Part shown: positions 1 to 7,353 of the stretch, piece after piece
How positions within the stretch are numbered: the first letter of the stretch is position 1
How the letters are laid out: each line of letters begins with the position of its first letter
Origin: Massilicoli timonensis
Lineage (GTDB): Bacteria; Bacillota_I; Bacilli_A; Erysipelotrichales; Erysipelotrichaceae
NCBI RefSeq assembly: GCF_900199515.1
Contig: NZ_LT963434.1
Coordinates: forward strand, 393,272 to 425,271
Direction of reading: 5' to 3'
Length of the DNA stretch: 32,000 nucleotides
Translations under genes and position numbers: made by a program
The notes under the pieces: model-generated
Told to the model about the DNA's origin: nothing
Databases searched by the model: none
The model's input: only the letters and a program-made list of their open reading frames with translations

Positions 1-1027
1 TTCCTGCCGCAAATCCAATCATGGCATTCTTTTTATGTTCGGGATCATCTGATCCTTTTACTTCGACCGATCCATGAATGGCTTTATACAACATTTCACT
101 CTCATAATTGTAATCACACCACACCAAACATTGATTTGATTTCTTGGCAATTTTATTAGCAATCCGTACACGTTCTTCTACACTCTGCTTTCTTGCTTCA
201 CGTCTTTCTGTCAATGTTTCAGCGTACTCAACAAATAAACTTGTTTCTTCAGGCGTACTTTCCACTACAATTTCATGAATGTTTAATTCAGGTAGATCAA
301 ATCTGCTTCCGTCAAAGCCTAAGTCCTTCGGATTCTTAATCATCATTGCCCAGGTTGAAATCCATTTGAAAAACTCCTTTTCCGCATGCCCTTTCAATCT
401 CCAGCCAATCCGCTCTTGTTTTCCTTTTCTTTTAATACAGTCATTGATGAAAAATGTTGATAACATTTCACTTCTCGGCATGATCCCTAGAAATTCTGCT
501 GTTGTACCGATTTCCGTATAGTCATTTGGCGAAGGCGTTGCTGTACAACATAGTTTGTATGGTGTATGTGCAAAACGCTCTAATAATTCATTAGTGGTCT
601 TTCCGGAATAAGACTTTATGATGGATGATTCATCTAATACAATTCCACTAAACACATCCGTATCAAATTTATGTAATTTATCATAGTTTGTGATATTAAC
701 ACCATTTACCACATCTTCTTGTGAACTGCATAATTCACAATGGATACCAAATTTATGCGCCTCTTGTTTCGTTTGTTCTGCTACTGCAAGTGGTGCTAGT
801 ATCAACACAGGTTCATTTGTATGCTTATGAACTGATTCTGCCCATGATAATTGCTGAATTGTTTTTCCTAATCCGGTATCTTCAAATAATGCTGCTCTTC
901 CTTTTCGCAATGCCCACTTAACAATTGCTTCTTGGTAATCAAATAAATTCTCATTAAGATATTTTGCATCAAATCCACTTTCGATTGACTGATATTCTTT
1001 GGATTTTAGAAATTCGTCATAAGTCAT
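1..1027 (-). CDS. SNF2/DEAD-like helicase, N-terminal part (3' end beyond window start)
   Basis: Absent from the ORF track because it runs off the window. My translation from ATG 1027..1025 reads MTYDEFLKSKEYQSIESGFDAKYLNENLFDYQEAIVKWALRKGRAALFEDTGLGKTIQQLSW... It has a Walker-A-like DTGLGKT and, in the same frame, a DExx box (GIVLDESSIIK, codons around 629-643). The ATG overlaps the stop of the upstream MTase gene (ATGA). Confidence 0.75.
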   Translation of the reverse strand, partial: MTYDEFLKSKEYQSIESGFDAKYLNENLFDYQEAIVKWALRKGRAALFEDTGLGKTIQQLSWAESVHKHTNEPVLILAPLAVAEQTKQEAHKFGIHCELCSSQEDVVNGVNITNYDKLHKFDTDVFSGIVLDESSIIKSYSGKTTNELLERFAHTPYKLCCTATPSPNDYTEIGTTAEFLGIMPRSEMLSTFFINDCIKRKGKQERIGWRLKGHAEKEFFKWISTWAMMIKNPKDLGFDGSRFDLPELNIHEIVVESTPEETSLFVEYAETLTERREARKQSVEERVRIANKIAKKSNQCLVWCDYNYESEMLYKAIHGSVEVKGSDDPEHKKNAMIGFAAG

Positions 1028-1932
1028 AGCTCTAATCCCTCAAATAGATCGATCTGTTCTTCTGATGTTTCTGCCTTTTGACAATTTTTCACTGCCTGCT
1101 TGAAATATGATGGCTTTAATTCAATTCCGATACCTTTACGGTGCATTTTGATTGCTTGATATACCTCTGATCCAATACCAAGAAACGGTGTAAATACTAT
1201 TTCTTCTTCTGCACTCCATAATTCAATACATCTTTCAATTACATCCAGTTGTAAAGGACAGATATGCTTTTCATCACGTTCTTCTCTTACAGAAGTACGA
1301 TTCAGTGTATTTGATTGTTTAATATCCATCCATACCGGACTTGCATACTGCTGCCATTTTTCTACCGGAAACGTCTCATTAGTATGTGCAATCAAGTTTT
1401 GATTATCTCCCGGTTTTCTCATGGTAATGATATAATCGGCAATCCCTTGTCTACACATGGAACTATCTTTTTTAATTTGCTTATGTAGAAGCCCAAGTGC
1501 TTTGGTACGTTGCATTGCAACAACCGGATCTTTCCAAATCGTTACACGCGAATGATAATAAAATCCGCACTCCTGAAATAGTTTGATCAAGATTCCCGGA
1601 AAGTCTTTCAATCCGATAAAACCGTCATTATTTTTTGTAGTTGGAAGATCCATACAGTGAATGCTGACTAACCGACCTGGCTTCATAATACGATACAATT
1701 CTTTAACGATGAATGTGAACTGCTGATAAAATTCCTCTGTGCTCCTGCAATTTCCTAAATCTCTAGGGCTATCGCTATACGTATATAAATCCTCAAATGG
1801 TGGACTAAAAATTGAATAATCCATGCTATTATCTTGCAAAAACTGCATTACTTCTGCACTATCGCCATTGTAGAGTGCATATTTTTTTGAAATTGCTTGA
1901 TCAATTACTTTCAATTTGATTCCTCCTTGCAT
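1024..1932 (-). CDS. Phage DNA methyltransferase, beta-class N6/N4 amino-MTase
   Basis: 302-aa ORF. A catalytic-type motif DYSIFSPPFEDLY lies near the N-terminus and an AdoMet-type motif VFTPFLGIGSEV near the C-terminus, which is the beta-class motif order. SPPF rather than DPPY hints at N4-cytosine specificity (inference). Confidence 0.8.
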   Translation of the reverse strand: MQGGIKLKVIDQAISKKYALYNGDSAEVMQFLQDNSMDYSIFSPPFEDLYTYSDSPRDLGNCRSTEEFYQQFTFIVKELYRIMKPGRLVSIHCMDLPTTKNNDGFIGLKDFPGILIKLFQECGFYYHSRVTIWKDPVVAMQRTKALGLLHKQIKKDSSMCRQGIADYIITMRKPGDNQNLIAHTNETFPVEKWQQYASPVWMDIKQSNTLNRTSVREERDEKHICPLQLDVIERCIELWSAEEEIVFTPFLGIGSEVYQAIKMHRKGIGIELKPSYFKQAVKNCQKAETSEEQIDLFEGLEL

Positions 1933-2642
1933 GCTATCTCGGATAATAATTTCTTTATTTCCTCATCACTCACTACTTCGCTTGTTTCTTCCCCTTGATC
2001 GTAATACCAATCCGGAAGTGGCTTGTCTTGCTTTCTTCTTTTGACCTGATCCCTTGCTTCCCATATCTTGATCGTCAAGTAGTGATTCTTGTATGTTTTA
2101 CCCGTCATTTCGATATAGTCATCCAAATTCTGGATCTTCTTTTTATAATCCGGAAACTCTGCTTTCAGCTTCTCAATTTCATTGAATGATAAGCGAACAT
2201 GACGATACGCGCCATATATATTCTTTTCATTCTTATCATTCTTTTCATTCTTATCATTCTTGTTTGTTGTTAGTTGATTGTTAGTTGATTGTTGATTGAT
2301 TGTTACTTGATTGTTAATTATCGTGTTACCTTCTTGGTATAAATCGTAATTTAACACGATAACTAAAGTGTTTTTATTACGTCCGATGCTTGTTATTTCA
2401 TGTGTTGATTTTAGATGTTTTAACGCAGTCCTAATCTGTTGGATTGAAAGCCCTGTTTCAGCGCTTAAACTGCCCAAAGATGTAATACAACTGCCTCTTT
2501 TTATCTTCTCTCCACGCCAATCAACATCATCATGATTGACCTTTAACAACAAGTGAATGAATAATTTGAACTCCGGGTAACTGTCGTACCATTCCCAATC
2601 CATTATCTTTCTGTGCAGTTTAACAAAACCCACCTTTTCCAT
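1911..2642 (-). CDS. Phage replication initiator / replisome-organizer-like protein
   Basis: 243-aa ORF. The N-terminal region (FVKLHRKIMDWEWY...GSCITSLGSLSAETGLSIQQIRTALKHL) resembles the wHTH of Firmicute-phage replisome organizers. A Q/N/T/K-rich linker is encoded by DNA repeats. The gene sits in the replication module. Confidence 0.6.
   Translation of the reverse strand: MEKVGFVKLHRKIMDWEWYDSYPEFKLFIHLLLKVNHDDVDWRGEKIKRGSCITSLGSLSAETGLSIQQIRTALKHLKSTHEITSIGRNKNTLVIVLNYDLYQEGNTIINNQVTINQQSTNNQLTTNKNDKNEKNDKNEKNIYGAYRHVRLSFNEIEKLKAEFPDYKKKIQNLDDYIEMTGKTYKNHYLTIKIWEARDQVKRRKQDKPLPDWYYDQGEETSEVVSDEEIKKLLSEIACKEESN
2221..2323. repeat. Direct repeats inside the replisome-organizer gene: 18-bp x2 plus five 11-bp iteron-like units
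   Basis: TTCTTTTCATTCTTATCA occurs at 2221-2238 and 2239-2256. Contiguous 11-mers then follow: GTTAGTTGATT (2269-2279, 2280-2290), GTTGATTGATT (2291-2301), GTTACTTGATT (2302-2312) and GTTAATTATCG (2313-2323). Confidence 0.85.
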
Positions 2643-2645
2643 ACC

Positions 2646-2969
2646 TTACACCTCTTTGATTTCCACTCCGTAAATCTCTGCAACAAGGCGCTTTTTAAGC
2701 TGATACAGCGGTGTTTTCGTTGCCGATGATTTCACATCTTCAACAATGTATTTTTCGTTCTCTATGTAGGTAAAATCAGCCACATACTTGATTTCTCGCC
2801 CGTATTTTGATTTCTCTACCAATACGAATGGCACTTGCAATTGTAGATCGGTAATGACACCGGCACGCTCCATCAAACATAATTCACAATACCTGTTAGC
2901 TTCTTTTTTACTGTCAAACATGATCCCGTCAATACACGTTTTGATCGCTCTGTATTTACTTCTGTTCAT
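2646..2969 (-). CDS. DUF1064-type phage protein
   Basis: 107-aa ORF. IDGIMFDSKKEANRYCEL and the later YVADFTY match the DUF1064 pattern as I remember it. This family is typical of Firmicute phage replication modules. Confidence 0.6.
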   Translation of the reverse strand: MNRSKYRAIKTCIDGIMFDSKKEANRYCELCLMERAGVITDLQLQVPFVLVEKSKYGREIKYVADFTYIENEKYIVEDVKSSATKTPLYQLKKRLVAEIYGVEIKEV

Positions 2970-3478
2970 CTCAATACCTCATCATAAAAGGCAGTATCAA
3001 GCCCTAATTGATGCGCATATTCCAATGTTGCATCGATCAACTTTCCCATTTCTTCAGTATTCATTTTTGAACTGCCTACATATACCTTGCATTGCGCCCA
3101 GATAGAACCGTTAGGTCGTTCTTCATATCCATACACCCTAATAGCTCTTACTTGCTTCTTTAACTCCTCTACAGCTTCCTGCAAGCACAAGATCCATTCA
3201 AATTTTGCATTCGCTCTCTCTAACAACACACAATACATTTCCCATTCATCATTTGATGATGCATTTTCATGGCAACAGATGTCATGGATCAGAGACCATA
3301 AATAATTGTTCTGATTGATCGATCTCTGACTTTTGACCTCTTTGATTTCAATGGCATACTCTTTTTTCTTCAATGCTTCTATCCATTTCCGATACTGCCA
3401 ATTCGATATCTTGAACGTGATTTCCATGTCGCCGTCTTCATCTATCGATCGTCTGATGAAATTTCCGATCACTTTCAT
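2966..3478 (-). CDS. Phage protein with NinB/Orf-like motif (function tentative)
   Basis: 170-aa ORF. KSQRSINQNNYLWSLIHDI resembles the RS-x-x-QN-x-x-x-W motif of lambda NinB/Orf-like and 'putative HNHc nuclease' phage families. It has 4-nt overlaps with both neighbouring genes. Confidence 0.4.
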   Translation of the reverse strand: MKVIGNFIRRSIDEDGDMEITFKISNWQYRKWIEALKKKEYAIEIKEVKSQRSINQNNYLWSLIHDICCHENASSNDEWEMYCVLLERANAKFEWILCLQEAVEELKKQVRAIRVYGYEERPNGSIWAQCKVYVGSSKMNTEEMGKLIDATLEYAHQLGLDTAFYDEVLR

Positions 3479-3774
3479 TTTCTATACACCCTTTCTCTAT
3501 CTGAAAAGTCGGGATAATGCTTTTCTAAATACGCCTTGATAAAGGCCAGATAATACGGACGATTGATGCTCTGATCCGTCATATAATGGCAATTTTGACA
3601 TAGTGTAACGATATTCTGTTCAATGCCCAATCCGCCTTTGGAACGTGGGATATAATGAGCATTCGGCATGGCAGAAGATGAGCCGCAGATGATACATCTT
3701 TGCCCATCTCTTTCCCATACTGCCCGTTTTACTTTTGCCGTTATATCACACGCTCTGCTGCGCTTGCTTTTCAT
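3475..3774 (-). CDS. HNH endonuclease
   Basis: 99-aa ORF containing CIICG...NAHYIPRSKGGLGIEQNIVTLCQNCH, i.e. an H-N-H core flanked by CxxC pairs. Confidence 0.8.
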   Translation of the reverse strand: MKSKRSRACDITAKVKRAVWERDGQRCIICGSSSAMPNAHYIPRSKGGLGIEQNIVTLCQNCHYMTDQSINRPYYLAFIKAYLEKHYPDFSDRERVYRK

Positions 3775-4483
3775 TTTTTTCTTTCTTCTTCTGGATCAAA
3801 AGATCCATAACGTTCAATAATCGTCCCAGTTCACTATGATCTAATTGCGTTACATCTGTCGTTTCTATGTAAGCATGTTTTAATACGAAATCTGTAATTG
3901 ATTTGTCTTTCATGTCAATGCCAAGCGGCGCCATTGCCTTTAGTAGCAGTTGATAGCGTTCCATCTGTGCCGTTCTTGTTTCGTCCATCGGATATTCCTT
4001 TTTCGTGCTCTTACGTTCTTCTTCCGGCAGATCTTCTCCGGCATAGATATATAACCCTAATCCATGTCTTGCTAATGCTTTTGTCAGACTTCTTTGGATT
4101 GCTTTATTTACGTCAAATGAAGTTACTTTATCAAGAGCGATCGACTTGTTTTTGAAGTCCATGACCGGCAATTCCTCGATATGTTCCAAGCCATTGATCG
4201 TTACGCCTGTCTTGACCCAACACGTCATGCCGTCGGTAAAGTAATTTACTTCTCCATAATCGGTCATACGCTCATATATCGTATAATTCGCATCCGGATA
4301 ATGCTTTTTTACTTCGCCCCATGCAAATGCCCATGACAGGTAAGAAAGTCCGTTTTTCTTCTCTACCTTATCATTGACATTGATCGCATTTAGAATGTTG
4401 AAAACCGATTCATTCTCATTTTCATTTGGGACATCCATTGTATTTATTTCACTCAAGATTTCTTTAGTCGTTGTGCTTTTCAT
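3746..4483 (-). CDS. Sak/DUF1071-type (Rad52-like) single-strand annealing protein
   Basis: 245-aa ORF. GLSYLSWAFAWGEVKKHYPDANY and AIQRSLTKALARHGLGLYIY are hallmarks of the Sak family as I recall it. Confidence 0.7.
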   Translation of the reverse strand: MKSTTTKEILSEINTMDVPNENENESVFNILNAINVNDKVEKKNGLSYLSWAFAWGEVKKHYPDANYTIYERMTDYGEVNYFTDGMTCWVKTGVTINGLEHIEELPVMDFKNKSIALDKVTSFDVNKAIQRSLTKALARHGLGLYIYAGEDLPEEERKSTKKEYPMDETRTAQMERYQLLLKAMAPLGIDMKDKSITDFVLKHAYIETTDVTQLDHSELGRLLNVMDLLIQKKKEKNEKQAQQSV

Positions 4484-4610
4484 CTGTCTTCTCCTTCAAC
4501 TGTTCTTTTAATGATTCGATTTTAAGATTTTTGAAATAGATTTCATCTTCCAGAGAACGGATCTTCTCTGCCATTGTCTTTAATACGGTCATGATGTAGT
4601 TTTCTTTCAT
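4464..4610 (-). CDS. Small hypothetical coiled-coil protein (48 aa, below ORF-track cutoff)
   Basis: ATG at 4610..4608 is preceded by GGAGG (reverse complement of 4616-4620). The translation is MKENYIMTVLKTMAEKIRSLEDEIYFKNLKIESLKEQLKEKTDEKHND*. It fills the otherwise empty 4484-4619 gap and overlaps the Sak start in another frame. Confidence 0.4.
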   Translation of the reverse strand: MKENYIMTVLKTMAEKIRSLEDEIYFKNLKIESLKEQLKEKTDEKHND

Positions 4611-4619
4611 ATGTTCCTC

Positions 4620-4811
4620 CTAATAGAGATGCGCTCTTATGTTTTTTGCAGAAGGTTCTGCTTCGACTGTTTCTAATTCCTCAAGCAAGCACTCCAAGCA
4701 TTCGATCGTTCCATCTTGCAGTTCTTTATAACGATCTCCCACATGCAGCACTTCCCCGCAGATATCACATTGATACACCGGTACATAGTCCGGATCTCTT
4801 CTGTCCATCAT
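4620..4811 (-). CDS. Small zinc-ribbon-like phage protein
   Basis: 63-aa ORF with two CxxC pairs (CDICGE ... CLECL). It has a 4-nt overlap with the upstream gene. Confidence 0.55.
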   Translation of the reverse strand: MMDRRDPDYVPVYQCDICGEVLHVGDRYKELQDGTIECLECLLEELETVEAEPSAKNIRAHLY

Positions 4812-5188
4812 AATTTCATCACCTCTTGTTTTTGTTCCTGTATGAATTTTTTGAATGTATATTCGCTCATTAAATGCTTCATTGCTCGCTTATGGCGTTC
4901 ATTCAAAGTGTGCTGTGCTTCTTCAACTGTATTTGCAATGAAATACCCTTTCCCCGATGAATAACTGCATATCGGCAATAGATCTTCTCTTATCAGCAGC
5001 TCGATTGCTTTTCTGTTCGTACGATCGGAAACTCCGGTTATTTGTTTTAGCGTACTTCTACTGATTGCATTTTCCTTTCCTGCTTTCAGATTTAACTTGA
5101 TGATGGCTTTGACTTCTTCGATGCTTTTCATGAGTAGATCCACTCCGCAAATCCAATCAAAGCGAATACCAGTATTGCAATGCGCCAA
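4808..5188 (-). CDS. Hypothetical phage protein, possible winged-helix
   Basis: The ORF-track start at 5188 is TTG. An internal ATG at 5131 (MKSIEEVKAII...) is an alternative start. The segment ISRSTLKQITGVSDRTNRKAIELLIREDLL looks wHTH-like. No family was recognised. Confidence 0.45.
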   Translation of the reverse strand: MAHCNTGIRFDWICGVDLLMKSIEEVKAIIKLNLKAGKENAISRSTLKQITGVSDRTNRKAIELLIREDLLPICSYSSGKGYFIANTVEEAQHTLNERHKRAMKHLMSEYTFKKFIQEQKQEVMKL

Positions 5189-5218
5189 GTCAAGCCATAT
5201 ATGATTGATGGTAATAGT

Positions 5219-5839
5219 TTAATTTGCTTTTTTATCATTTCCGTTTCCTCCATGTACTTCTCTCCAAATATCTATGATTTCATCTGTTCTTGGCTCTTCT
5301 GCCCACACTTGGCGCAACAACAATGGTGTATTACGTCCATTTACAGCATAATATTGAATCAGATGAAACATCGCATCGATTCCTTCTTCCTTAGAATCAT
5401 AATGCCGGTACTCTCCGCTACCATCTAATGTAATAATCCCGGCAGGATTGTTATGATTTATCCATACCTCGCTTGTCCCTCTTGCGGTTTCGAGCAGGAA
5501 CATAGCATATGCAAATCCAGGATCAATATCAGGATAGTTTATCGCTACATTTCTAAATGTCTCATCAGGAATAGCAGCAATGTCTGTTATAGGCATATCA
5601 ATGTGAGTATTCTGATTGATCTCGTTGTTTAACTCCGCTTTCATAACTGCATTTTCCGATCTAAGTTTTTCGATTTCTGTGATCATTACAGCATTTTTCT
5701 CGATCGTTTTTCCCTGTATCTCTCTTAACGTGATGATCTTATTTTCTGCGGTATTTAACTTTCCTTGTAAATTAGCACATCCAAAATATGCAACGGCATA
5801 TCCGGATAGCGCTATAATCGGTAATATCTTTTTATTCAT
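5219..5839 (-). CDS. Membrane-anchored/lipoprotein-like protein with C-terminal glucosaminidase-like domain
   Basis: The N-terminus MNKKILPIIALSGYAVAYFGC is a signal or anchor with Cys at +21. A coiled-coil segment follows. FAYAMFLLETARGTSEVWINHNNPAGI...YRHYDSKEEGIDAMFHLI resembles the FlgJ/LytD-type glucosaminidase motif (E-x-G-x-S...NN-x-x-GI). RBS GAGGAAAA lies upstream. Confidence 0.55.
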   Translation of the reverse strand: MNKKILPIIALSGYAVAYFGCANLQGKLNTAENKIITLREIQGKTIEKNAVMITEIEKLRSENAVMKAELNNEINQNTHIDMPITDIAAIPDETFRNVAINYPDIDPGFAYAMFLLETARGTSEVWINHNNPAGIITLDGSGEYRHYDSKEEGIDAMFHLIQYYAVNGRNTPLLLRQVWAEEPRTDEIIDIWREVHGGNGNDKKAN

Positions 5840-5862
5840 TTTGTTTTCCTCATATTTTTGTG

Positions 5863-6147
5863 TTAAAATAGATATGACGATTTTGGTGATTTTTCGTCAT
5901 TGCTGATGTTTGCTTGTTGATTGTTAAACATCAGCATTTTTATTTTGCCTGTTTTAACTATTTCTTCTACTTCCCTTCGACTAATCAGGTACTTGCCTTT
6001 TGCATTGCCTGGCTTTACCACACACACTCCAAACGGACAAATCCCTGCTTTGATCCACGCTCTTATACATTCTGCAGATATTTCATTGTTGAATGCATTT
6101 GCTGCTTCTTGCGGTGTCATGAATAATTTTCTATTCACTGAAATCAC
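5863..6147 (-). CDS. HTH_17/excisionase-like DNA-binding protein
   Basis: MTPQEAANAFNNEISAECIRAWIKAGICPF...GKYLISRREVEEIV follows the MerR/Xis-type HTH pattern. The start is ambiguous: GTG at 6147 or ATG at 6120. Confidence 0.5.
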   Translation of the reverse strand: MISVNRKLFMTPQEAANAFNNEISAECIRAWIKAGICPFGVCVVKPGNAKGKYLISRREVEEIVKTGKIKMLMFNNQQANISNDEKSPKSSYLF

Positions 6148-6607
6148 CTACATTCAAATTCTCAATCATATTTGCAATATCTGTCTGAATTGCAATATTT
6201 TCCCAAAATTGTGCGGTAAATTCTTTTAACCTAAGCACCTCGCTTCTGCTCAACTTACCATCAGCCAATGCTTTATGCAATGTATTCATATAATCACTTT
6301 GCGACTGAATAACACTTGGCATCATATAGCCAGTGGTAAGCAAATCCTGTGGTATATATCCATTCGGGTGCTTGCATTTCCCGATTGGGCACATCTGTGC
6401 ACAATACTCTTCTTTCAAAATTGGATCGTGAAGATAAGCAGAAATTGATACAATCACATCTGGCGATGGTGTCTGCATTCCATTTACCAATTTTGAAATG
6501 GTCGCTTCTGAATACCCTACATACTTTGCAATGTTGCAATTTGAATAAGATTTTTTATCATGAGTTTTCGCAATCGTTCTATCAATTGCATTTTTAATCA
6601 GATTCAT
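6131..6607 (-). CDS. XRE-like HTH phage regulator
   Basis: Contains SNCNIAKYVGYSEATISKLVNG (HTH). The likely start is ATG 6607 (MNLIKNAI...), preceded by AAAGGAAAG. The ORF-track start at 6628 is TTG. Confidence 0.55.
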   Translation of the reverse strand: MNLIKNAIDRTIAKTHDKKSYSNCNIAKYVGYSEATISKLVNGMQTPSPDVIVSISAYLHDPILKEEYCAQMCPIGKCKHPNGYIPQDLLTTGYMMPSVIQSQSDYMNTLHKALADGKLSRSEVLRLKEFTAQFWENIAIQTDIANMIENLNVGDFSE

Positions 6608-6697
6608 ATCATCTTTCCTTTCTTTCAAAAACTGCTATGTTTCCTTTCTTTACTGGAAAATCTGAAATTGACTATACTTGCTATAATGTAATCGTCA

Positions 6698-6895
6698 TTA
6701 ACTGGTATAAAACTGCGTCCAATCAAAACCTAGAAGCTCGCCTAATTTCTGTGCAGTCTTAGGTTTAGGCGTTCGTTCTCCGCGTTCGTATTTGACGATT
6801 GCAGTTGAAGTAACTCCTAGATACTGTGCGACTTCTTCTTGAGTTAATGACTTCTGCTTTCTAGCATCAATTAGCCACGCTCTCATATTTCTCAC
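6698..6895 (-). CDS. Cro-like XRE-family HTH protein
   Basis: 65-aa ORF with KSLTQEEVAQYLGVTSTAIVKYERGERTP, a canonical XRE HTH. It is oriented toward the early/replication genes. Confidence 0.75.
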   Translation of the reverse strand: MRNMRAWLIDARKQKSLTQEEVAQYLGVTSTAIVKYERGERTPKPKTAQKLGELLGFDWTQFYTS

Positions 6896-7011
6896 TTCCT
6901 TTCCGTTTCGGCTACCTTATAGCCATCATCAGCAGGGCTGTATCTCCCTGTACGGATTTTTTGGTATGACATAAAACCGTTTATTTGATATGATTTGCTT
7001 GAGGTGATTTT

Positions 7012-7353
7012 ATGTTCTATTTATTAGCACAGTATCGGATTCTAAAATATGTCCTTTTTTACCACATTAGAGAAAACCTACCTTTTGACAGTCAATTAGC
7101 CATCCCTCTTGAAGATATACAAAAGGCTTTATCTATAAGTAATCTTAAAATTTACTATCATGCGATGTGTCTAGCAAAATGCGGTTATCTAAACCACGAT
7201 TTAGGAAAAGATAATAAACATATTTTCATAGGTACGAAAAAGGGATGGCTGTATTTCAATGAGCTACATTCAAAATTATGGAAAATCATATTTGAATGTA
7301 TTTGGGCAATTGCTCTTATTTTTGTTGGCTATATAATCGCTCTAATTTTTTAA
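7012..7353 (+). CDS. Tail-anchored membrane protein with wHTH-like N-terminal domain (unknown function)
   Basis: Strong RBS GAGGTGA lies before the ATG. The 113-aa product has a C-terminal hydrophobic helix (IIFECIWAIALIFVGYIIALIF). The N-terminal part (YRILKYVLF...LEDIQKALSISNLKIYYHAMCLAKCGYL) is wHTH-like. Confidence 0.5.
   Translation: MFYLLAQYRILKYVLFYHIRENLPFDSQLAIPLEDIQKALSISNLKIYYHAMCLAKCGYLNHDLGKDNKHIFIGTKKGWLYFNELHSKLWKIIFECIWAIALIFVGYIIALIF

Noticed and set aside
6294-6539. 81-aa ORF in an alternative frame within the XRE-like gene 6131-6607.
   Set aside because: It is fully nested in a better-supported ORF on the same strand, with no RBS and Cys/Arg-rich nonsense-like sequence.
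6668-6687. TTGACT ... TATAAT pair on the plus strand that looks like a consensus promoter.
   Set aside because: The spacer is only 8 nt, so the two hexamers cannot work together. Only the TGcTATAAT extended -10 was kept, as a low-confidence observation.
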